Notes under the pieces: generated by a model
Databases searched by the model: none
Told to the model about the DNA's origin: nothing
Seen by the model: only the letters and a program-made list of their open reading frames with translations
Position numbers and translations under genes: made by a program
DNA from: the human T2T-CHM13v2.0 reference genome, Homo sapiens
Assembly: GCF_009914755.1 (NCBI RefSeq)
Contig: NC_060928.1
Reading direction: 5' to 3' (one strand)
Length of the DNA stretch: 64,000 nucleotides
In this document: in pieces, positions 32,801 through 44,414 of the stretch
Layout: each line of letters opens with the position of its first letter
How positions within the stretch are numbered: the stretch's first letter is position 1

Positions 32801-35800
32801 ACTTTTATTTTATGTACAGTATATAATACATACATTGGGTACTTTGATATTTTATGTACAGTATATAATACACAATTTGGCTACTTTCATATTTTATGTA
32901 CAGTATATAATTCACACTTTGGGTACTTTGATATTTTATGTACAGTATATAATACACACTTTGGGTACTTTGTTATTTTATATACAGTATATAATACATA
33001 CTTTGGGTACTTTGATATTTTATGCACAGTATATAATACATACTATGGGTACTTTTATATTTTATCTACAGTATATAATACATACTTTGGCTACTTTGAT
33101 ATATTAAGTACAGTATATAATACATACTTTTGGTACTTTGATGTATTATGTACAGTATATAATACATACTTTGGGTACTTTGATATTTTATGTACAGTAT
33201 ATAATACATAATTTGTGTACTTTTATATTTTATGTACAGTATATAACACATACTTTGGGCACTTTGATATTTTATGTACAGTATAAAATACATACTTTGG
33301 GTACTTTGATATTTTATGTACAGTATATAATACATACTTTGGGTACTTTGATATTTTATATACAGTATATAATACATACTTTGGGTACTTTGATATTTTA
33401 TGTACAGTATATAATGCATACTTTGGGTACTTTCATATTTTATGTACAGTATATAATATATAGTTTGGGTACTTTGGTATATTATGTACTGTATATAATA
33501 CATACTTTGGATACCTTGATATTTTATGTACAGTATATAATACATATTTTGAGTACTTTGATATTTTATGTACAGTATATAATACACACTTTGAGTACTT
33601 TGATATTTTATGTACAGTATGTAATACATACTTTGGGTACTTTCATATTTTATGTACAGTATATAGTTTGAGTACTTACATATTTTATGTACAGTTTATT
33701 ATAAATGTTTGGGTACTTTCATATTTTATGTATAGAATATAATACATACTTTGGGCACTTTGATATTTTCTATACAGTATATAATACATACTTTGGGTAC
33801 TTTGATATTTTATGTACAGTATATAATACATACTTTGGGTAATTTGATATTTTATGTACAGTATATAATACATACTTTGGGTACTTTGATATTTTATGTA
33901 CAGTATATAGTACATACTTTGGATACTTTGATATTTTATGTACAGTATACTATATATACTATATATAGTTTGGGTACTTTGATATTTTATGTACGGTATA
34001 CAATATATAGTATTGGTACTTTGATATTTCATGTACAGTATATAGTTTGAGTACTTTGATATTTTATGTATAGTTTATTATAAATCTTTTGGTACTTTCA
34101 TATTTTATGTACAGTATATAATACATATCTTGGATACTTTTATTTTATGTACAGTATATAATACATACTTTGGGTACTTTGATATTTTATGTACAGTATA
34201 CAATACATACTTTGGGTACTTTGATATTTTATGTACAGTATATAATACTTTGGGTACTTTGATATTTTATGTACAGTATATAATGCATACTTTGTGTACT
34301 TTGATATTTTATGTACAGTATATAATACATACTTTGGGTACTTTGATATTTTATGTACAGTATATAGTTTGAGTAATTTGATATTTTATGTACAGTTTAT
34401 TATAAATGTTTGGGTACTTTCATATTTTATGTACAGTATATAATACATACTTTGGGCACTTTGATATTTTATGTACAGTATGTAATACATACCTTGGGTA
34501 CTTTGATATTTTATGTACAGTATATAATACATAATTTGGGTACTTTGATATTTTATGTACAGTATATAATACATACTTGGGAACATTAATATTTTATGTA
34601 CCGCATATAATACATACATTGGGCATGTTGATATTTTATGTACAGTATGTAATACATACCTTGGGTAGTTTGATATTTTATGTACAGTATATAATACATA
34701 ATTTGGGTACTTTGATATTTTATGTACAGTATGTAATACATACTTTGGGTACTTTGATATTTTATGTACAGTATAAAATATATAATTTGAGTACTTTGAT
34801 ATTTTATGTCCAGTATAAAATATATAGTTTTCCAACTTTGATATTTTATGTACAGAATATAGTTTGAGTACTTTGATATTTTATGTACACTTTATTATAA
34901 ATGTTTAGGTACTTTCCTATTTTATGTACAGTATATAATACATAATTTGGGCACTTTGATATTTTATGTACAGTATATAATACATACATTGGGTCCTTTG
35001 ATATTTTATGTACAGTATATAATACATACTTTGGGTACTTTTATATTTTATGTACAGTATATAATACATACTTTGGGTAGTTTTATATTTTATGTACAGT
35101 ATATAATACATACTTTCCGTACTTTGATATATTATGTACAGTATATAATACATACTTTGGGTAATTTGATATATTATGTACAGTATATAATACATACTTT
35201 GTGTACTTTGATATTTTATGTACAGTATATAATACATATTTTGGGTACTTTGATATTTTATGTACAGTATATAATACATAATTTGTGTATTTTATATTTT
35301 ATGTACAGTATATAATACATACTTTGGGCACTTTGATATTTTATGTACAGTATATAATACATACATTGGGTACTTTGATATTTTATGTACAGTATATAAT
35401 ACATACTTTGGGTACTTTGGTATTTTATGTACAGTATATAATGCATACTTTGGGTACTTTCATATTTTATGTATTGTATATAATATATACTTTGGGTACT
35501 TTGGTATATTATGTACTGTCTATAATACATACTTTGGGTACCTTGATATTTCATGTACAGTATATAATACATATTTTGGGTACTTTGATATTTTATGTAC
35601 AGTATATAATACACACTTTGAGTACTTTGATATTTTATGTACAGTATGTAATACATACATTGGGTACTTTGATATTTTATATACAGTATATAGTGTGAGT
35701 ACTTTGATATTTTATGTACAGTTTATTATAAATGATTGGGTGCTTTCATATTTTATGTACAGTATATAATACATACCTTGGGTAGTTTAATTTATGTACA

Positions 35801-38800
35801 GTATATAATACATACATTGGGTACTTTGATATTTTATGTAAAGTATATAATACACAATTTGGGTACTTTGATATTTTATGTACAGTATGTAATATATAAT
35901 TTGGGTACGCTGATATTTTATGTATAGTATATAATACACACTTTGGGTACTTTGATATTTTATGTACAGTATATAATACATACTTTGTGTACTTTGATTC
36001 TTTAAGTACAGTATATAATACATACTTTGGGTACTTTTAAATTTTATGTACAGTATAAAATACATACTTTGGGTACTTTTATATTTTATGTGCAGTATAT
36101 AATACATACTTTGGGTACTTTGATATATTACGTACTGTATATAATACACAATTTGGGTACTTTGATATTTTATGTACAGTATATAATACATACTTTTTGT
36201 ACTTTGATACTTTAAGTACAGTATATAATACATACTTTGGGTACTTTCATATTTTATGTACAGTATACAATACATACTTTGGGTACCTTGATATTTTATG
36301 TACAGTATATACTACTTTGGGTACTTTGATATTTTATGTACAGTATATAATGCATACTTTGGGTACTTTGATATTTTATGTACAGTATATAATACATACT
36401 TTGGGTACTTTGATATTTTATGTACAGTATATAATACATACTTTGGGTACTTTGATATTTTATGTACAGTATATAATACATACTTTCGGTACTTTGATAT
36501 TTTATGTAGAGTATATAATGCATACTTTGGGTACTTTGATATTTTATGTACAGTATATAATACATACTTTGGGTACTTTGATATATTATGTACAGTATAT
36601 AATATATACTTTGTGTACTTTGATACTTTAAGTACAGTATATAATACATACTTTGGGTACTTTGATATTTTATGTACAGTATACAATACATACTTTGGGT
36701 ACTTTGATATTTTATGTACAGTATATAATACATACTTTGGGTACTTTGATATTTTACGTAGAGTATATAATGCATACTTTGGTACTTTGATATTTTATGT
36801 ACAGTATACAATATATAGTTTGAGTACTTTAATATTATTTGTCCAGTATAAAATATATAGTTTTGGTACTTTGATATGTTATGTACAGTATATAGTTTGA
36901 GAACTTTGATATTTTATGTACAGTTTATTATAAATGTTTGGGTATTTTCATATTTTATGTGCAGTATATAATACATTGGGCACTTTGATATTTTATGTAC
37001 AGTATGTAATACATACTTTGGGTACTTTGATATTTTATGTACAGTATATTATACATACTTTGGGAACTTTGATATTTTATGTACCGTATATAATACATAC
37101 TTTGGGTATGTTGATATTTTATGTACAGTATGTCATACATAACTTGGGTACTTTGATATTTTATGTACAGTATATAATATAGACTTTGGGTACTTTGATA
37201 TTTTATGTACAGTACGTAATACATACTTTGGGTACTTTGATATTTTATGTACAGTATATAATACATACTTTGGGTACTTTCATATTTTATGTACAGTATA
37301 TAATATATAGTTTTGGTACTTTGGTATATTATGTACTGTATATAATACATAATTTGGGTACTTTGATATTTCATGTACAGTATATAATACATATTTTGTG
37401 TACTTTGATATTTTATGTACAGTATATAATACACACTTTGAGTACTTTGATATTTTATATACAGTATGTAATACATACTTTGGGTACTTTGATATTTTAT
37501 GTAGAGTATATAGTTTGAGTACATTGATATTTTATATACAGTTTATTATAAATGTTTGAGGAGTTTCATATTTTATGTACAGTATATAATACATACATTG
37601 GGCACTTTGATATTTTATATACAGTATATAATACATACTTTGGGTACTTTGGTATTTTATGTACAGTATATAATACGTACTTTGGGTACTTTGATATTTT
37701 ATGTACAGTATATAATATATAGTTTGGGTACTTTGATATTTTATGTACAGTATATAATACATAGTTTGGGTACTTTGATATTTTATGTACAGTATATAAT
37801 ACATACTTTGGGTACTTTGATATTTTATGTACAGTATAGTATATATAGTTTGGGTACTTTGTTATTTTATGTACGGTATACAATATATAGTATTGATACT
37901 TTGATATTTCATGTACAGTATGTAGTTTCAGTACTTTGATATTTTATGTACAGTTTATTATAAATGTTTGGATACTTACATATTTTATGTACAGTATATA
38001 ATACATACCTTGGTTACTTTTATTTTATGTACAGTATATAATACATACATTGGGTACTTTGATATTTTATGTACAGTATATAATACACAATTTGGGTAGT
38101 TTGATATTTTATGTACAGTATGTAATATATACTTTGGGTACGCTGATATTTTATGTACAGTATATAATGCACACTTTGGATACTTTGATATTTTCTGTAC
38201 AGTATATAATACACACTTTGGGTACTTTGATATTTTATGTACAGTATATAATACATACTTTGGGTACTTTGATATTTTATATAAAGTATATAATACACAA
38301 TTTGGGTACTTTGATATTTTATGTACAGTATGTAATATATAATTTGGGTACGCTGATATTTTATGTATAGTATATAATACACACTTTGGGTACTTTGATA
38401 TTTTATGTACAGTATATAATACATAATTTGGGTACTTTGATATTTTATGTACATTATATAATACATACTTTGTGTACTTTGATTCTTTAAGTACAGTATA
38501 TAATACATACTTTGGGTACTTTTAAATTTTATGTACAGTATAAAATACATACTTTGGGTACTTTTATATTTTATGTGCAGTATATAATACATACTTTGGG
38601 TACTTTGATATATTACGTACTGTATATAATACACAATATGGGTACTTTGATATTTTATGTACAGTGTATAATACATACTTTTTGTACTTTGATACTTTAA
38701 GTACAGTATATAATACATACTTTGGGTACTTTCATATTTTATGTACAGTATACAATACATACTTTGGGTACCTTGATATTTTATGTACAGTATATACTAC

Positions 38801-41800
38801 TTTGGGTACTTTGATATTTTATGTACAGTATATAATGCATACTTTGGGTACTTTGATATTTTATGTACAGTATATAATACATACTTTGGGTAGTTTGATA
38901 TTTTATGTACAGTATATAATACATACTTTCGGTACTTTGATATTTTATGTACAGTATATACTACTTTGGGTACTTTGATATTTTATGTACAGTATACTAT
39001 ATATAGTTTGGGTAATTTGTTATTTTATGTACAGTATACAATACATACTTTGGGTACTTTGATATTTTATGTACAGTATATAATACATACTTTGGGTACT
39101 TTGATATATTATGTACAGTATATAATACACAATTTGGGTCCTTTGATATTTTATGTACAGTATATAATACATACTTTGTGTACTTTGATACTTTAAGTAC
39201 AGTATATAATACCTACTTTGGGTACTTTGATATTTTATGTGCAGTATATAATGCATACTTTGGGTACTTTGATGTTTTATGTACAGTATATAATACTTTG
39301 GTACTTTGATATTTTATGTACAGTATATAATACATAATTTGGGTACTTTCATATTTTATGTACAGTTTAAAATATATAGTTTGGGTATTTTCATGTTTTA
39401 TCTACAGCTTATAATACATACTTTGGGTACTTTGATATTTTATGTACAGTATATAATACATATTTTGTGTACTTTGATATTTTATGTACAGTATACAATA
39501 TGAAGTTTGAGTACTTTGATATTTTATGTCCAGTATACAATATATAGTTTCAATACTTTGATATTTTATGTCCAGTATAAAATGTATAGTTTTGGTACTT
39601 TGATATTTTATGTGCAGTATATCGTTTGAGTAGTTTGATATTTTATGTACAGTTTATTATAAATGTTTGCGTACTTTCATATTTTATGTACAGTATATAA
39701 TACATACATTGGGCACTATGATATTTTATGTATAGTATACAATACATACTTTGGGTACTTTGATATTTTATGTACAGTATATAATACATACTTTGGGTAC
39801 TTTGATATTTTATGTACAGTATATAGTTTGAATACTTTGGTATTTTATGTCCAGTATAAAATATATAGTTTTGGTACTTTGATATTTTATGTGCAGTATA
39901 TCGTTTGAGTACTTTGATATTTTATGTACAGTTTATTATAAATGTTTGCGTACTTTCATATTTTATGTACAGTATATAATACATACTTTGGCGCTATGAT
40001 ATTTTATGTACAGTATACAATACATACTTTGGGTACTTTGATATTTTATGTACAGTATATAATAAATACTTTGGGCTCTTTGATATTTTATATACAGTAT
40101 ATAATACTTACTTTGGGTACTTTGATATTTTATGTACAGTATATAATACGTACTTGGGTACTTTGATATTTTATGTACAGTATAAAATGCATACTTTGTG
40201 TACTTTGATATTTTATGTACAGTATATAATGCATACTTTGGGTACTTTCTTATTTTATGTACAGTATATAATACATACTTTGGGTACTTTGATATTTTAT
40301 GTACAGTATATAATACATACTTTGGGTACTTTCATATTTTATGTACAGTATATAATATATAGTTTGGGTACTTTGTTATTTTATGTACGGTATACAATAT
40401 ATAGTATTGGTACTTTGATATTTCATGTACAGTATATAGATTGACTACTTTGAAATTTTATGTAGAGTTTATTATAAATGTTTGGGTACTTTCATATTTT
40501 ATGTACAGTATATAATACATATCTTGGGTACTTTTATTTTATGTACAGTATATAATACATACTGTGGGTACTATGATATTTTATGTACAGTATATAATAC
40601 CCAATTTGGGAACTTTGATATTTTATGTACAGTATGTAATATATACTTTGGGTACATTGATATTTTATGTACAGTATATAATACACACTTTGGGTAGTTT
40701 GATATTTTATGTACAGTATGTAATACACACTTTGGGTACTTTGATATTTTATGTACAGTATATAATACATACGTTGGGAACTTTGATATTTTATGTACAG
40801 TATATAATACATACTTTGGGTACTTTGATATATTATGTACAGTATATAATACATACTTTGGGTACTTTGATATTTTATGTAAAGTATACAATACATACAT
40901 TGGGTACTTTGATATTTTATGTACAGTGTATAAATCATAGTTTGCATACTTTGATATTTTATGTACAGCATATAATACATACTTTGGGTACTTTGATATT
41001 TTATTTACAGTATATAATACATACTTTGGGTACATTCATATTTTATGTACAGTATATAATATATAGTTTGGGTACTTTGCTATTTTATTTACAGCTTATA
41101 ATACATGCTTTGGGTACTTTCATATTTTACATACAGTATATAATACATACTTTGGGTACTTTGATATTTTACGTACTGTATACAATATATCATTTGAGAA
41201 CTTTAATATTATTTGTCCTGTATAAAATGTATAGTTTTGGTACTTTGATATTTTATGTACAGTATATAGTTTGAGTACTTTGATATTTTATGTACAGATT
41301 ATTATAAATGTTTGGGTACTTTCATATTTTATGTACAGTATATAATACATACTTTGGGCCCTTTGATATTTTATGTACAGTATGTAATACCTACTTTGGG
41401 TACTTTGATATTTTATGAACAGTATATAATACATAGTTTGGGAACTTTGATATTTTATGTACCGTATATAATACATACTTTGGGTATGTTGTTATTTTAT
41501 GTACAATATGTAATACATACATTGGGTACTTTGATATTTTATGTACAGTATATAATACATACTTTGGGTACTTTGATATTTTATGTACAGTATATAATAC
41601 ATACTTTGGGTATTTTTATATTTTATGTACAGTATATAATACATACTTTGGGCACTTTGATATTTTATGTACAGTATACAATACATACTTTGGGTACTTT
41701 GATATTTTATGTACAGTATACAATACATACTTGGGGTACTTTGAGATTTTATGTACAGTATATAATGCATACTTTGGGTACTTTGATATTTTATGTACAG

Positions 41801-43350
41801 TATACAATACATACTTTGAGTACTTTGATATTTTATGTCCAGTATAAAATATATTCTTTTGGTACTTTGATATTTTATATACAGTATATAGTTTGAGTAC
41901 TTTGATATTTTATATACAGTTTATTATAAATGTTTGGGTACTTTCATATTTTATGTACAGTATAACATACATACGTTGGCCACTTTGATATTTTATGTAC
42001 AGTATACTATACATACTTTGGGTACTTTGATATTTTATGTACAGTATATGATAAATATTTTGGGCACTTTGATATTTTATGTACAGTATATAATACATAC
42101 TTTGGGTACTTTGATATTTTATGTATAGTATATAATACATACTTTGGGTACTTTGATATTTTATGTACAGTATATAATATATAGTTTGTGTACTTCGATA
42201 TTTTATGTACAGTATATAATATATATTTTGTGTACTTGGTATTTTATGTACCGTATATAATATATAGTTTGGGTAGTTTGATATTTTATGTACAGTATGT
42301 AATATATAGTTTTGGTAGTTTGGTATTTTATGTACAGTATGTAATATATAGTTTGTGTAATTTGATATTTTATGTACAGTATACAATATATAGTTTGGGT
42401 ACTTTCATATTTTATGTACAGTATATTATACATACTTTGGGTACTTTGATATTTTATGTAATGTATACAATATATAGTTTGAGTACTTTGATATTTTATG
42501 TCCAGTATAAAATATATAGTTTTGGTACATTGATATTTTCTGTAAAGTACATAGTTTGAGTACTTCGATATTTTATGTACAGTTTATTATAAATGTTTGG
42601 GTACTTTCATATTTTATGTACAGTATATACTATATAGTCTGGGTACTTTGATATTTTAAGTACAGTATATAATACATACTTTGGGTACTTTGATATTTTA
42701 TGTACAGTATATAATACATTCTTTGGGTACTTTGATATATTATGTACAGTATATAATACACACTTTGGGTACTTTGATATTTTATGTACAGTATATAATA
42801 CATACTTTGGGTACTTTGATATTTTATGTACAGTATATAATACATACTTTGGGTACTTTGATATTTTATGTACAGTATATAATACATACTTTGGTTACTT
42901 TCATATTTTATGTACAGTATATAATATGTACTTTGTGTACTTTGATATTTTATCTACAGCATATAATACATACTTTGGGTACTTTGATATTTTATGTACA
43001 GTATATAATACACACTTTGGGTATTTTCATGTTTTATGTACAGTATATAATACATAATATGTGTACTTTGATATATTATGTACTGTATATAATACATACT
43101 TTGGGTACTTTGATATTTTATGTACAGTATATAATACATACTTTGGATACTTTGGTGGACATTTGCAGCGCTTTGAGGCCTATGGTGAAAAAGGAAATAT
43201 CTTCTCATAAAAAACAGAAGCAAGCATTCTCAGAAACTTCTTTTTGATTTGTGTACTCAAGTAACAGAGTTGAACCTTCCTTTTGACACAGCAGTTTTGA
43301 AACAATCTTTTTGTAGAATTTGCAAGTGGATATTTGGATAGCTTTGAGGA

Positions 43351-43367
43351 TTTCGTTGGAAACGGGA
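43351..43367 (+). promoter_or_regulatory. CENP-B box (first intact box after the junction)
   Basis: TTTCGTTGGAAACGGGA matches the 17-bp consensus YTTCGTTGGAARCGGGA. Confidence 0.93.
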
Positions 43368-43520
43368 TATCTTCATATAAAATCTAGACAGAAGCATTCT
43401 CAGAAACTTCTTTGTGCTGTATGTCCTCAATTAACAGAGTTGAACCATTGCTTGGATACAGCATTTTGGAAACATTCCTTTAGTAGAATCTGCAAGTTGA
43501 TATTTAGATAGATTTGGAGA

Positions 43521-43537
43521 CTTCGTTGGAAACGGGA
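43521..43537 (+). promoter_or_regulatory. CENP-B box
   Basis: CTTCGTTGGAAACGGGA, exact consensus; in the monomer adjacent to the previous box. Confidence 0.93.
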
Positions 43538-43861
43538 ATATCTTCATAGAAAATCTAGACGGAAGCATTCTCAGAAACTGCTTTGTGATGTTTCCATTCA
43601 AGTCACGGAGTTGAATATTCTCCTTTATAGAGCACGTTTGAAACACTCTTTCTGCACTATCTGGAAGTGGACATTTCGAGCGCTTTGAGGCCTCTGGTGA
43701 AAAAGGAAATATCTTCCCATAAAAACTAGACAGAAGCATTCTCAGAAACTTTTTTGTGATGTGTGTATTCTCCTAATAGAGTTGGACTTTTTTTTTACAG
43801 AGCCGTTTAAAAACACTCTTTTTGTGGAATCAGAAAGTGGATATTCGGATGGCTTTGAGGA

Positions 43862-43878
43862 TTTCGTTGGAAGCGGGA
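43862..43878 (+). promoter_or_regulatory. CENP-B box
   Basis: TTTCGTTGGAAGCGGGA, exact consensus. Confidence 0.92.
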
Positions 43879-44414
43879 TTACACAAAAAATCTAGAGAGA
43901 AGCATTCTCTGGAACTTCTTTGTGATGTTTGCATTGAAGTCACAGAATTGAACATTCATTTTTATAGAGCCGGTTTGAAACACTCATTCTGTAGTATCTG
44001 GAAGTGGACATTTCAAGTGTTTTTAGGCCTATGGGGAGAAAGGAAATATCTTCAAATAAAAACTAGACAGAAGCATCCTCAGAAACTTATTTGTGATGTG
44101 TGTCCTCAACTAACAGAGTTGAGACTTTGTTTTGATACAGCATTTTGGAAACACTCCTTTTGTAGAATCTGCAGGTGGATATTTGGATAGCTTAGAGGGA
44201 TTCGTTGGAAAGGGGATATCTTCATATAAAATCTAAACAGAAGCATTCTCAGAAACTTATTTGTGATGTGTGTCCTCAACTAACAGAGTTGAAACTTTGT
44301 TGTGATACAGCATTTTGGAAACACTCCTTTTGTAGAATCTGCAGGTGTATATTTGGATAGGTTTGAAGATTTCGTTGGAAACCGGAATATCTTCATATAA
44401 AATCAAGACAGAAG

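Larger units (their letters stand above)
1..43154. repeat. HSat1A (human satellite I / SAR) 42-bp AT-rich tandem satellite array, running off the left edge of the window
   Basis: About 1000 tandem copies of ttgggtactttgatattttatgtacagtatataatacatact (42 bp, about 76% AT, no CpG in the consensus). Two GTAC (RsaI) sites per unit give alternating 17-bp (actttgatattttatgt) and 25-bp (acagtatataatacatactttgggt) sub-units, the classical satellite I A/B structure. One orientation throughout. Confidence 0.96.
43155..44414 (+). repeat. Divergent edge block of alpha satellite (partial monomer plus 7 monomers) that does not follow the downstream 14-mer
   Basis: Carries variants absent from all downstream HOR copies (gaatcagaaagtggatattcggatggct about 43828-43855; gcattgaagt; aagcatcctc; cttagagggattcgttggaaaggggat about 44191-44217). 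It has one extra monomer: homologous landmarks at 43326 and 44688 are 1362 bp apart instead of about 1191. Confidence 0.85.

Noticed and set aside
1-43154. CRISPR-like alternation of a conserved 17-bp part and a more variable 25-bp part
   Set aside because: The variable parts are point variants of one sequence, not unique spacers. There is no leader or cas gene, and the DNA is primate satellite.
1-43154. Many TATA-like motifs and short palindromes (tgtaca, gtac, tatata) as promoters or hairpins
   Set aside because: Intrinsic to the AT-rich repeat unit. Nothing distinguishes any copy as functional.
201-43247. Hundreds of ORFs encoding (LGTLIFYVQYIIHT)n or (YYILYIKYQSTQSM)n, up to about 410 aa
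   Set aside because: The 42-bp unit is a multiple of 3 and stop-free in several frames on both strands, so long ORFs arise automatically. They overlap in multiple frames and break at random indels. There is no coding evidence.
42681-43247. ORFs spanning the HSat1A/alpha junction (188 aa on +, 89 aa on -) as a possible fusion gene
   Set aside because: Chance read-through of two satellite frames. No promoter, splice or domain evidence.
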